Under the pieces are notes generated by a model. The model saw nothing but the letters and a program-made list of their open reading frames with translations. It was not told the origin of the DNA and made no database searches. Below, one piece after another: positions 21,261 through 34,776 of a DNA stretch of 64,000 nucleotides. The position numbers and the translations under genes were made by a program. The DNA is from Bugula neritina (Eukaryota; Animalia; Bryozoa). Where the stretch lies: assembly GCA_964035545.1 (NCBI GenBank), contig OZ037771.1, positions 12,895,133 through 12,959,132 of the forward strand. Reading direction: 5' to 3'. Position 1 is the first letter of the stretch, and each line of letters starts with the position of its first letter.

Positions 21261-22406
21261 GCTAGAAATTATTATATGATCATCATAATCATTTACCAAA
21301 CAAAACCAAACAATTTTAAAATGAATGACTATTCAAATACTAACAATCATATAATGGAATAATATCAATTATAACAAATACTAATACTAATAGCAGTAAA
21401 AATAAAATTGATGCTATGTCATTATAACCAATATAGTAATAGTAATAGAGATTTTACCAATTAATATTATAATTATTAGTATAAATAAAACAACCCTTAT
21501 AGTTGTATCAACAATTATCAATGATAATAAATAATAATATTTATCATTATAATAATTATAATATTTAATAACAATCAGTATTAGTAAATATTAGTATAAA
21601 TTGAAATATAAGTATAATTGCATTTACTTATACTTATAGTGTTACATTTGTAGTTACTGGCAAACTAAAAATTTGAACACAAATTAAAATATAAGTATCA
21701 GCAACTAAGTATGATATAATTATATTATCATTATATAATTAATAGATTATTATCCATATTGATATTCAATTTTATAATTATAAATATTAAATTTAATATC
21801 TATCGGCAATAATTATATTTATATTAATAATATAAAACAAACTAAAGCTAAAAGGCAAGCAATTATTAACTTTAAATTTTTATAAATAATTTAACAATAA
21901 TAATAATGTTATCAATTATTGATGTAATAGTTAATACATATAATTATTATTATAATTTCAATTATAATCATAATATTATTATTATTAATAATATTAATAA
22001 TTCATTAATTCTTAATTGTGTTGGCAAGAAATGAAGAATGAAAATAGATATCATATGGTTATTAAAAATATGTTGTGTCGTATTATATTGAACTTTATTG
22101 CTATAATACTATCACTATAATTAATAGTTAAATATGTGATGTTTGTAATACTGGATAGAATATAGTAAAAATATTTTATCAAAAATACTACAGTGCATAG
22201 TGATAGTGATAGTACGAAATGTAAGTTCGTCTGCTAGTTGAACGGAACTGCAAGCCAACGCATGCGCTGTTTTGCCATCTAACCAACAATACTATAATTA
22301 TTATGAGATTATTGTTGCGATTGAAAAAGTTAGAAAATGCAAAATTATACGGAGTTGTTTTCTCAGTTAGTAGAACATGGTTGTAATTATAAATAAATTT
22401 TTCATA

Positions 22407-22595
22407 AGTTTTGTCACATAATTATTATGAATGATAATATTATATAATTTATTTTAACTACTATCAAATGTTAAAATTAGCTACGCACACGATTAACAAT
22501 ATCATTGTTGATCGTGCGTGTAGCTAATTTTAACATTTGACGGTAAGTAAACTAAATTATATAATATTATCATTCATAATATGTGACAAAACTTT
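22407..22595. repeat. Long inverted repeat/hairpin (MITE-like)
   Basis: aagttttgtcacata...aaaattagctacgcacacgattaacaat | atc | attgttgatcgtgcgtgtagctaatttt...tatgtgacaaaactt; arms of ~90 bp. Confidence 0.85.
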
Positions 22596-23110
22596 ATTTC
22601 GAGCTACCTAAAATAGTATAAGTTTATGATATACCAGTATATTCGATCTGTCAATAAATCGGCATTGATCAAGTCATTTTGGAATAATGATTCTGCACCG
22701 GAAAGATAAATCTAAAAATTTACTGACATTTTGAAATATGCTTTAAAGATAGAGATCGAATTGTGTTTGCTTGTTATCAGTTGCTGCCCATAATTACACT
22801 CACACACTGCATGGAAAACTTTCAACTAATTCAATTTTAATACAATAGCAAAATTCAAGCTTCATCTACTATGCTCATTAGCCAGCTAGGGTGTCAATTC
22901 TTGTAGATATCAAGTCTCTGAACCATAAAATTATATGCATGATTTTTCAATCCACTATCATCAGTGATGAAATTGTACACTATTATAAAAGCGGTTTTCT
23001 TTTATAATATAATATATAGAAGGTTTGTCTAATTTGGAAACAATATATATTATATACATATTTGCCAATTATCACAATCTACATGTAGCATTACATAATA
23101 ATAGTTTATG

Positions 23111-24257
23111 TTACATGTGTGTCACAGTGCTTATACATGCTGCCACCACCATAAGAAGATTAGGCAGAGGGAAGGCAACTCCAGAGTCAGGCATAGGTTC
23201 TGTTATAACGATGCCATTTCCTTCATTACACAGGTCATCAGAGCACACACATATCGTATCACTAAATCCCAGGTAGCTTTTTATCACTGCACAACCTTCA
23301 GAGTAACCTCTGGTACAGGCTCTATAAGTAACACAAGAAAGTGGACAATTCCCACAGAAGTGGAGACGGCACTTCATGCACAACAATGTGACTAGTGAAT
23401 ATAGTACTGAGTAGAAAACAACTCCCACTGCTATAAGGATTTACTAATTGATCATGAAATATAGAAATTATTACCTTCGAATTGAAGATATGTCTTGTAC
23501 ATCATCGCCATGAAACATTGTAAATATTGTTTCACACTTTTGCTTTGTATCTGTATCGCATTCAACATCAAACTTTGATAGTGAGCCATTCTTATAGCAC
23601 TCTGACTCCAAATTTCCTGAGCAGACTTTACATATCAAGCCATTCACTTCTGCGCACATAAATTAACCATTAGTGCAGTTAACAAATAAGATGTCGAGTG
23701 TATAACAACAAACATTAGCCTACACAAACATTCATATTTTGCTTGAAGTTTCCATCCCTACAGGTAAGGGTTTTTCTAAGAACTTGTTATTTGTAGCAAG
23801 AGAGAAAATCTATGATAGAATGCTCTTGATAATAATATCATGATCAATAAATAAAGTTTACCGAATTTAAGCCAATGACCTTGCGTTTACTAGACCAGAC
23901 TCTAGCCATTATGTCATGGCTGCTCTCTAAGTTGTTAGAATGATTTTATAAACAGCTACATGTTGGGGGTGAATGAGTGCAGTAGTTAGGGTTCTCGAGT
24001 TTAGAGTCGGAAGCTCCACTAAGCCCCACAAAGCCCCCAACTCTAGATTCGAGAACCCTAACTATTGCACTCATTCACTCCCAACTCAGAGCTGCTTATA
24101 GAACCATTTAAATTGTTAAGCCTCATAAAAAATTTAGAGCAGGCTTCTAAAATATTGAGTGAATAAATTGGCATCATTTACCTGTTGACAGCTGAATTAT
24201 GGCAGCGACAAGAAAGACAACTCCAAATGGGAAAATAAATCCTCTTGAAGTTTTCAT
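23111..24257 (-). CDS. Ly6/uPAR three-finger (quiver/sleepless-like) GPI-anchored protein, copy B
   Basis: Exons 24182-24257, 23475-23649, 23111-23321. MKTSRGFIFPFGVVFLVAAIIQLSTEVNGLICKVC...ICVCSDDLCN...DSGVAFPLPNLLMVVAACISTVTHM: signal peptide, 10-Cys LU domain, hydrophobic GPI-like tail. Confidence 0.9.
23939..24108. mobile_element. Palindromic MITE in intron 1 of LU copy B
   Basis: gttgggggtgaatgagtgcagtagttagggttctcga ... tcgagaaccctaactattgcactcattcactcccaac; same family as 25596-25739. Confidence 0.8.
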
Positions 24258-25595
24258 GTTTCAAAGAATTGCTATACAATATATATTCACACAATACTCC
24301 TTTTGTTAATGTGCAGTGACAAATAGTAGTACTTGAACACAAAACACTTCTGTTCAGCTTTACAGTGTTTATAAGGAACTCCGTGAATGTAGTAACTCAG
24401 CTAATACTGTACTTGATAAGGCTGTAAGCCGTCTCTTAGTAAACTCAGCAGAACAGTAGGCTAAAATACATATTAATTTTGCTATGTTACTCATACACTT
24501 GACAATAGCCAACACTAATCCATAACTAGTAGGCTATTAGTAGCGTGATGGTAGCTATGACTAACTGGAGTTAGAGGAAATGCATGAGTCATAATGATAA
24601 GCATTCACTTAGTCTAGTTCTAATTAGCCCAAGTTTCTATTTATACTTCCAGCTTTATGACTGAGGCCTGCCTGAGCAGTTCAACTGACTCAGTATTAGC
24701 TGAAATTCATGCTATGCTAATTCACATATCATTTTACATCATCTCATACCAGTGTTGAAGTTACTTAGCAATAGTTAGTAGCAATGCATGGTAATTGGTA
24801 CATAATAATTGAATATTTATAAGTGCACTTCAACTAATAAGTTGGCATTATCATAAAGACACTGACAGCCACAGTGTATTCAACTAGAAAGAAATGATAT
24901 AGTTATGAACAGATAATGATAAATATAAGGAAGGGGTTCACAAATGAGACTAAAAAAGAGAAGATTGTGTTTTTTGAGTAGACAATTGATTGTGGAAAGC
25001 AAACAATGAGAACATCTCTCAAAACTTTTCTGTTAGCAGACAATGTATCAACAACTACAAGACAATATCATCTTTATGATGAACAAAGCATAATGTATAT
25101 TGTATACATACAACTTACAAGCTATAAATGAGGGTCTGTAAAACGACAAGTTTGCTAGTTTTGTATAGAAGGGGTTTTACAAGATTCAGGAATCAATAAA
25201 GTGAATTTTATAACAAGGCAAGATTCTAACAAACCCAAAAATTTGCAACTTCAGAAAAACTTTATAGTTTAGACTGTAAAATAACTTGTTCTTATACGTA
25301 AACTATAGGTTAGTGTATATCTAGTAACACTCACCTCCTTTGATTTACAGATATCCTCACTATAGCCACTTAGTTCAATGATAAAAAATAGGATGATGTG
25401 TTTGCAATGCTTTCGCTGTCAAACCATTACAAACAATGAGCAATTCTTTTGTGATCAATAAGCTAGCTTAGCAATAGCAGTACATATTATAAGTATGTTA
25501 TGGTTACTAGCAGTCGGGATGGGAGTCTTGCCAAGTGGGTGGAACTTATAACTGAATGAGTAATTACCTTATTGAAACAATCAAATGCTCTAAGC

Positions 25596-25739
25596 TGTTC
25601 TATAAGCAGCTCCGAGTTGGGGGTGACGGAGTTCAGTAGTTCAGAGTTTTTGAGTTTAGAGTTGGGGGTCCCAACTTTACATGGAGAACCCTAAGCTACT
25701 GCACCCAGTCACTCCCAACTCGGAGCTGCTCATAGAACA
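25596..25739. mobile_element. Palindromic MITE (same family as 23939-24108)
   Basis: tgttctataagcagctccgagttggg ... cccaactcggagctgctcatagaaca. Confidence 0.8.
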
Positions 25740-27101
25740 ACGTTGTTGCAAAAATTATAGTAGTCCTGTATTTTATTATATTCTATTATTATACATAGTA
25801 TGCCACTACTAAATATAATAGCAAATAGTTGTTGCTATAATAAATAATAATAAACAGCCATATTTATTTATTGTTACTAAGTATACAGAGCTAATCTGAA
25901 CAATATTATTTTTAATATAATAGACTATGTATATAGAGCACTGTTACAGGAGCTTTTTTCGTAGCTTTAAGAAAACTATTGTGTGATGAAAGCTTTTTGT
26001 AAAAGCTTTCGAGATAGCTGTTTACTGGCAGTTTTTGTTCAATGAGTCAGTGTAGCTCAATTTTCCTCTTGCTAAAATGCAGGCAACTTAAATTTTATCG
26101 TCCAAAGTATCAAGTATTGTACTATCTTTTGTTTTTAACTTCATTAGGTAACTAAATGTCTTGTCAGCTGTGTTAATTAATGTTAAGTTAACAAGATGTT
26201 TTTACAGTTATAGGTTACAGTTTGAATTTGAGTTTTGTGAGAGAAATATACTGTTGGCAATAGACAAAAAGTAGAGTTGTGGCCTGCTTCTGTGTCCTCC
26301 ATCCATTCACCTTTCATTAAGTGAATCACAATACACAGGCATCCGTGCCAAACAGCACTCGTGCTGACACAAGCACCACTCTCTCACCCCAGTCAATGAA
26401 AGCTCAGCAGTCTAAATCTGCTAGTTCCTAACAATATTGTTTGTTATATGAAAATATAACCTACTTTTTTAAAAGTTTCCTTTGGCACCAAAAATAGCTT
26501 TTGGGTCCTATAAACTGAAATTGAACAATATAATTTTTTTTCAGCTTTCTTAGAACTTTACAGCTGCTTGATTGGTGCAAAGAATTTCTTATCACTTGAC
26601 AAGTTATACTGCAAACGACCAGTTTTTCTGGAAATGATACTTTTTACACCTGAGACTTTCTAATCTACGTGGAAGAGGGAATGCGGTAGTGAGCAAGAGC
26701 TAGGAAAAATAGTGTGTGAACTGTTATGTGGAGAATATTAGCAATGGTTTCTACTGAACATGTTAAAATTTAGGCTGCAAAAGTCATCAATTACTTATGA
26801 CTGTATTAATGGCTTTATAGTATAATCAGTTGACATAATTATAGATAGTTTAGTTTTAGCTCATCACTCTACTTGGTATACACTATAGCCAGGTGTTAAT
26901 ATGTAATAACTTATTGCCTGCACTCTTTAGCTTTACATATGCTTTTTTCTGTGGAAATTTTATTTTAGCCACAAACGTACACTGTGCTGGGACTACTTAT
27001 TTATATATAGGAGTTATGCCTCTTGGTTTAGAATGATCACTGTCTATACAGAATATAAAATCCATAAATGAGTAGTAGTAGAAGTGCACTCTAAACTCTA
27101 A

Positions 27102-27447
27102 GCCTAGGGCCACACTGTGCATGCATGCATGCATGCGAAAACTGAAACCACAAGTAGCAAAGGTGTCCACTGTAGCGCCAGTAATGAAGGATAAATAAAG
27201 TTTTCATTTTTAAATCGCACTCGCCTATAATAAAACGCAATTTACTGGAATGTAGCACTAAAATAAAGAAATTGGGCTCGCTGAATAACTACCAGCCAAT
27301 TAGGTGACGACGACAGAGACGATTCGCACTTGAGTTCAGAATGCTGAGCGACAAGTGCGAATGTTTTCTCAACGCGTACAGTGGACACCTTTGCTACTTG
27401 TGGTTTAAATGTTCGCATGCGAAAATACGCACAGTGTGGCCCTAGGC
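27102..27447. mobile_element. PIF/Harbinger-like MITE
   Basis: Imperfect TIRs of ~75 bp (gcctagggccacactgtgc...aaaccacaagtagcaaaggtgtccactgta), flanked by TAA on both sides. Confidence 0.85.
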
Positions 27448-27501
27448 TAACAGTAGTCAAGAGTCAATATATTCACATCCTGGGGCACTACTATGCAGTA
27501 A

Positions 27502-27674
27502 TAATTCACTGCGTTTCCATTATCGCATAAATGGATTTTTTCATTCCGTTGATGGAAACAGTTACATCGAATGAAACCGAAACTATAAGTTAATGCAAAC
27601 CACAAACCACAAACCACAAATAATCCGTACGGGCATTCATTCGCATTATGCACAGTCATGGAAACGCAGTGATT
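27502..27674. mobile_element. Short TIR element, intact copy; a second copy (27692-27718 plus 33036-33165) is split by the Kolobok-like element, and a fragment lies at ~42150-42225
   Basis: Termini tcactgcgtttccat ... atggaaacgcagtga; the internal sequence is shared among copies. Confidence 0.75.
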
Positions 27675-27718
27675 GATATATATCAATATGCAATCACTGT
27701 GTTCCCATTGCTCATTAA

Positions 27719-30700
27719 ACATCGTAGGCATCCAGGTTATTTTGATAAAATCAATTACTGTTAGTTGAAAGATCATACTTTTTTAGTTACATTCACAAAA
27801 TATATAAAAAAAATCTCAACTCAATATACCAGAAAAAATGAATTAAAATATATGTGTTAATAGCACTGATATTGACGTGACCGTGGCACATGAAAAATCT
27901 GAAAGAAGAGTTGTCTTCTTTTTTTCTATATTAATATATAGAGCTTGTCGTGAAAATAAAGATTTTAAAAAAAAATATTGTGACCCTCTGGTAACTTCCA
28001 GAATTTAGAAAATTGGCTCATATATTTCCTTTCATGTGGACAACAGCTCACTTTTTTTTAAATTTATTTTGAAGCTCTTTTCGTAAAAAATATTTAAAAG
28101 TAAAAAATCCAAACTTTTTACAAATTGGTTCGGGCTTGATGTGAAAGGCATTTAGACGAAGATGTCAAGGTCACCATTAATAAATTAATTTTATCACAAT
28201 ACTGCACGGAAAGTTAATGAAGTGAGCTGAAAATTAGGTTGCTAGCATATTGATATACATTATATTGATTGTTGCAGTATTATTTTTTAAATTTGTTTTA
28301 TCAGTTATGTTTAACTTCTTCATAGAGCTGCTGTTAGACTAAGAGTAAGACATAATATTAGCAACAATGATAATAATATTAAATTCACGAAGAAGTATCA
28401 CTATCACTATGTACTTACTCTATGAGTATGACTATGACTATCAGTATCACTATGAGTGTCGTAATCGTATAAATTAATTATGAGTATGAGTATCACTATG
28501 ACATTAACTCAATCAGTGATTGACTAATACTGTGAATATGACTATGCATAACTCAATGAGAATATCAATATGAAGATGGCTTCTAATTCTTGTAACTTTT
28601 GACTATGACGATGCTGATAGTGATAGTGATAATCACTGCCAGCCCAAGTCTCATACTCATAGTGATACTATTACTATTGTTTATTAGTATTAATAATTAG
28701 TATTACTATTAGTACAACTACTAGTATTACTCATAGTTCTGTTAATGATAGTTTTAGAAGTTCTACTTCTACTTTTATAGTACGCTAGATTGTATATGTT
28801 GAACTCTACTCATTTTTTTACTACTAATGCTAATACTAATAGTAATAGTAATAATGATTATAGTTGTAATAATGATAGTAATACTAATGGTAATAATAAC
28901 TATTTAAATTTGATAATTTATGTTTTACAACAGCATTATCACTTATCAATTACATTGGTTCATAATATGCTTATTTTAATTTTGCTTTGTGTGTTTTGTC
29001 ATGTTATAAAATTAAGTTCGTATGGTCATTTAATGAACTAGAGAACTAGCCAAATGTTATGTAACAGTTGCAATAATTTACTATAAACTCAGTGAAATTT
29101 AAAACCTAATTGATATTACTATGACATTGATTGTACAGAGGTAGCTAAAATATACATTAAATTACCAATAATTTTAACTCGCCAATACACTATGAGTAGA
29201 ACAATCAAATGCAATGATAGAAAATTAATTAGTCACAGCAGCCCGTTGCTTGAAGAACATCGAGCTACAGGTCTAAAATTATGTAGTTTTGCGATCCATT
29301 ACATAACAAAATAATTTTTTTCAAACTGGTTTAATACTTTTATTATGAACATGCTTATCAAAGTAACATGTTTGTAATGTATATTCTATTAAAAAGCAAT
29401 CACATCAGGTTTTCAATTTGTATGTTGTACAATGTTTATTATGGTGACAAGTTACTAAATCATATGGTTCAGCTTTGTAAAGTAAAGCTGATAAAATAAA
29501 TACAAGTATGTGATTGTTTTACTGCTATATATTAAATTTAAATAAGTTGAATAATATCCTAGTGCAGTGAATTAGATATTTTTTAGCTTTGGTACACCTG
29601 TTTGTTATAGGCTAACATTCCACCAATAGAAGAATGGTGCAAGTAGAAGAAATTTCAGGCGCAGAAAGCTGGGGAGCAGTCAGAATGCTGCCAGAGTTGT
29701 GAAGAGGCACTTAAAAAATCTGAATTTCAATAATGACATGACATTCGTAACATATCACCCTGGTGTATTTGAACTGACATGGCCAGCAGAGTTCTCGAAG
29801 TCACATTCAACAGCTATTTACATCATCATGGTTAGCTTAAATTTAATTCCTTTATCAGTCTCTAATATATAGTTTGATATCTGCTGTAAATTCGCTTAAG
29901 GAGCATACACATAACCAAAACTGAGTTACACTATAGTATTTGTTCTTGAATATATTTACCAAGATAAGTAGATAATTTGCTAATTCATTAACAGTAAAAT
30001 TATAATGATACAACAATTTTTCTTTTAGATGATTCAATCAATAACACAAGACACTACAACATGGTTTTGCAGTTATAGAGTATTAATTTTCTGGCTCTTT
30101 CCAAATCTTCATAGAAGGCAAAGAAAACCACCGTCAGCTTGCCTTTATAACTGAGTGCAAGCTTCTTCCACCTACAGATGATGATAAACAATTTGCTGAT
30201 GTGGAACTTTCTAATTTTGTTTACAATGAAGATAGATTATAGGACATTATTCTTTATGTAAAGATTGTCAAGTTTTGTTATAATTAAGAACAGTTTTAGT
30301 TTCAATAAATCAGTTCAACATTACGGACATCATTGCACAAACATTTTAATCTTTACTACCTACAAAGGTATCTGATGGACTACTTGAAAATACAAAACTA
30401 TACTCCAGATACACAATGAACTGACCAGCAAAGTTAAAATGAGTTGGAGATGTAGAACATAATATTTTGTTCAAGGCTTTTCCCTGCTGTTGGAACCTTC
30501 TACTTCAGAACACTGAATTGAACAAACATATGTAGATATATAAAACTTTGCAAACAATAATAATGTGAAATTAGTTGCTAAGTATCACATTGCTAATAAA
30601 TACAGCGTTGTGTAATGTTTTATTTAATTTTTTTTGAGCCATTTGATCTATAGGCCCGCATAGTAATTACTATATTATAACTAATAAATGGCAGACACAT

Positions 30701-33031
30701 TATGTCAGACCAGTCTCCATTTAAATAGAATAGTGTAGGCTATCAAATTTGTAGAAGTAAAAAACTTTCTTATTGAGTAAAATACTTACCTTTTTTTTCA
30801 TGATGCCTCTACTGCTAAAAAGAGAAGTTTTTATCAATACAGCTCCATCAATCTGTATCCCGATGAAGCTAGTAGTTTAGGAACATTTGTGGCGGGGAGT
30901 GTAGGCTGAGCTGCAGTATAGGAAGAACCCCAACATATGTAATCTATTCAGCACATTATATGTATTGTAGAAATTTATTCAAAAAAGAATTTAGAAAATG
31001 CTTTATGAAGCATGAACAAAGTAAAAATTAATGCTGGTGAAAGTAATATTATTACACCCATTAGAGTTACTAGCAGCTATAGCATTAAAATTTGTATTTT
31101 TATAAAATGTGTCTAATTTATGCTACAAAGTTATTACTGCCAAAGGTTACAAAATTTACCAGTCGCATTCATGCAGCTGATGGAGAATAACTAACCTTCA
31201 CATGCAATAAATACAATTAGTAGCTCAATCTAAAACTAATGTTATGAGTATAAGTTATAGTTATTCTAAGGAATAATTGCAAAAAAAGTTACTTGGAGGA
31301 ATTTAACTCTTATTATAATGTAATTATCTTCCAAGATATATTACAACATCACTACTTGGATGCATACAATGTCATATTTATATTGGCATCAACATAATTT
31401 TCAATAATTTCCAATCTATTAACTTGAGCATTATGATTGTGATTATTTTTTAAATAAGGCGATGATTAGGCACTGTTGGTATTTTGGTTCAATTTATTTA
31501 TAACTGTAACAGGCAGAGTTGTAAATATAATGGATATATCAAAATTCCAATGGGTATAGTACTCTAACACAACATTGATACTAATAATTGTAGTCACTTA
31601 CTCTTAGAGTTAGTGAATGATGATACAGTCATAACAATTTGAATATCAATCAGCATTAGAGATAGACTGACTGCTTTATAATATTATAGTTATTATGTCA
31701 AATTGAATTTATTCACTATAACTAAAAAAATTATGATTATAATTATAAATTAAAATAATTTAAATATTATATAATATATTGATAATTATTGGAATCATAA
31801 TTATATTTATTGTTATGATCATTATGATTATAATTATTTAATATTATCTTTATGTTTGTATTTAAAGTTGTTCCTTAAATCTAAAGTTGTTTAAGTTTTA
31901 TAAATTTATTATAATTATATTACTGTATAAGTATTGCTATTAGTATTAGTATAATTAAATTATTATAATTTATATTTTATTATTTATATTTATTTTACTT
32001 TTTATTTTAAGACCAACAGTTCAAATTAATACTTGTGTCGTTTGCTTTATATTATAACTTACAAGTATAACTATTAACATAATAATATTAGATTTGCTAT
32101 TAGTATTACTATGAATATAAATATTTATGTTAATATAGCTATCGGTATAACTTATACTTATAGTTATAACTAATATTACAAGTATTACTGTTAGTATTAC
32201 TGTATTAGTTTCGAAACTGATCCTGCTCCGTAACATTTACATACTGATACTGTCATATGATTATCATTATGACTAATAAGTAATAATGGTATTAATAAAT
32301 ATAACCATTGAATATTATTAATAATAGTTCACCAATACTAATAGGCGATAGTCATAGACTTAGAGTGAGAGTCATAGACATAGACTAGTGATACTCATAC
32401 TGATAGTCATAGTGATAGTCATAGTGATACTCATACTGTGATTCACTGATTCAATTACAAATTTTAAAACTTGGTTTCACGTAAACAACTACTAACCTAT
32501 ACTTCATCACAAAACGGTTGAAAATCATCATTTACTGCATATTTAAGAGTAATTTTCTGGTAGTGTGGTCGACATGATAATTGAAATTAAAATAGGAAAA
32601 ATAATTATTTTGTGATTTACAGCAAGTTACAAACTAGCGAAATGGAATAGTCTATTTGAAAACAGTCAAATTAGTTACCTTTCTTGATGTTGCGTAGCTA
32701 ACGTTAGTTATTAGTAGCCGCCCGAAGAGTAACATTCATGTGATTTGAGCTACGAATAACGAGAATCTGTGACAAACCCGCTTCTTAATAACTTTACGCG
32801 AAATAAACTCACGCTACAATAGGGCTATTTTGCCATCCCCACGTCAGAATAGGACACGGAGGGCAAGCTCGCGGGCAAGTCTGGGCAAGTCTAAGACACC
32901 TAATATGACCACTTTTACTTGCATTTTTGTAGTGTTTTCGTATAAGAAATTGGATAAAATGCTGATAAAACAGTTGAAAAGCATGCAAACTTTTGCTCAA
33001 ATGTAATAAATAACCTGGATGCTTACGGCCT
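27719..33031. mobile_element. Kolobok-like DNA transposon (decayed), ~5.3 kb
   Basis: TTAA at 27715-27718 and 33032-33035. Left end acatcgtaggcatccaggttattt matches the reverse complement of the right end, aggccgtaagcatccaggttattt, at 20/24 positions. Removing the element rejoins a MITE. Confidence 0.75.
29192..30200 (+). pseudogene. Decayed intron-containing gene for a P2X7 C-terminal 'ballast'-like Cys-rich protein (transposon accessory gene)
   Basis: Putative exons 29192-29270, 29630-29830 and 30029-~30200 give ...EEWCK*KKFQAQKAGEQSECCQSC..., then after a frameshift VTYHPG..., and SYRVLIFWLFPNLHRRQRKPPSACLYN*. The motif order matches WCxC..CC..HPG..YR..W..L.R..R.PLP.C. Confidence 0.6.
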
Positions 33032-33451
33032 TTAATCGAATGGATGCTGTACGGATGAATTTGTGATGGCGGTTTGCATGAACCTGCGGTTGCGATTTCA
33101 TTTGATGCAACTGTTTCGAAACATTAAATGAAAAATCCAAATTCGAAGCATGGAAACGGAGTCATTAATCAATTAGTAAATGTAGATTTGTTTATAATTA
33201 TACTGCATGCCTGATCTACTATAATACCTTGTATAATTAACTATGCTATATATACTTTTGTATCAGGTTAAACACTAGCTACTAGAAGCATTACTGTACT
33301 GCATGTATGATATTAGCTACTTCACTCCTCTTACCAGCATATTATGATCCTCCTCACCAAATACTTTTATATTCTCTTCCTACTATACTATAATAATAAT
33401 ATTGTATATAAAGTACAGTGTTTATATGTGGCTGATGAGTGTGTAGTGTTA

Positions 33452-33753
33452 CCCCCTCATTCACACTTACCGTACCATAAGCCGTAACAACAAATATCAG
33501 CCATTTTTACAAATGTCTGAGCTTCCTGTACAGTGCTACAGTACATTAGGATCAAACGCCGCTTGATTCAAACAAGTTGCGCCGAGCTCCTATTGGACAG
33601 AAAGACTTTTGCGTGAACTCATCGGATATAATTGTCTAATGAAGTGTCATAGATCGTGCCTAATAGCGGACATTGAAAACTTCAACCCGGACACATTAAA
33701 AATGGCTGTTATTTTACGTTACCGCCTACGGCACGGTAAGTGTGAATGAGGGG
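33452..33753. mobile_element. Harbinger-like MITE
   Basis: TIRs cccctcattcacacttaccgt ... acggtaagtgtgaatgagggg, flanked by TTA/TAA. Confidence 0.8.
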
Positions 33754-34480
33754 TTAAGGATTTTGTGCCAGTTTCTATTACAAGATATACAATAGACATT
33801 AAATTAACCAATGAAATTCCCACTTTCAAAGCAATAATATTTTAAAGGACTTTCAAGGGCAATGTCTCACACTTCCAGCTATTGTCTAACATGCAGTAGC
33901 ACTCAAACATTTTTATGCAACAGCAAATGCTGACGTAGTTGATCTAGCAAGAGTGGGAGAGCTCTCAACAAACTGCCTTCATATGGAATGCTTTTATAAG
34001 AGTACACCATTCTGGCATCTAACTAGAGGTTGCGCAACTTTTTAGCAGGAACAAATAGTAGGAAGTTGAAAGTGTTTATCTTTTGATGTCAGCAACTGGC
34101 AGGCAGTGCTAAAAATAATAAAGAAATTGGATAATTCAGTCAAAACAAGCACCTGCTAGAGAGGGTGTCAAAAACATCAAGACGGCCTTCTGAGAGACTA
34201 CTATAAAACACTACATTTCCCAACACCAACAATCCTGAGAATTGCAATCTTGGATATGCTAGACAATTTTTCTGCAGTTTTATAGCATATAACATAAAAT
34301 ACAAGTCACTCAACAGGATAGTGTAGGATATGAAGGAAGCAATAAAATATACATTAGTTATGCAAGCAGTTGAGAAAATCTCGGAGACTACAGATGAAAA
34401 TAATACTAGAAATTTCAAGTTTGAAATTTTGCAGGAAGCATTTATGACTATAACATATACAAGCAAGTAGAAATAAGCAA

Positions 34481-34776
34481 TTCAATGAGCACAGGCTAGG
34501 TTTACATATCAAATATGTTCAATGAGCACAGGCTAAGTTTACATATAAAATGCATTCAATGAGCACAGGCTAGGTTTACATATAAGATACATTCAATAAG
34601 CACAGGCTAGGTTTACATATAAAATGCATTCAATGAGCACAGGCTAGGTTTACATATAAGATACATTCAATGAGCACAGGCTAGGTTTACATATAAAATG
34701 CATTCAATGAGCACAGGCTAGGTTTACATATAAAGTATGTTTAATGAGCACAGGCTAGGTTTATATGTGAAATGTG
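34481..34776. repeat. 37-bp minisatellite, 8 copies
   Basis: Unit ttcaatgagcacaggctaggtttacatataaaatgca. Confidence 0.95.

Noticed and set aside
33770-34466. Possible decayed transposase or coding fragment
   Set aside because: Coding-like composition, but no motif I can name with confidence.
34481-34776. 37-bp repeats of CRISPR-repeat length
   Set aside because: Contiguous tandem units without spacers and no cas genes.
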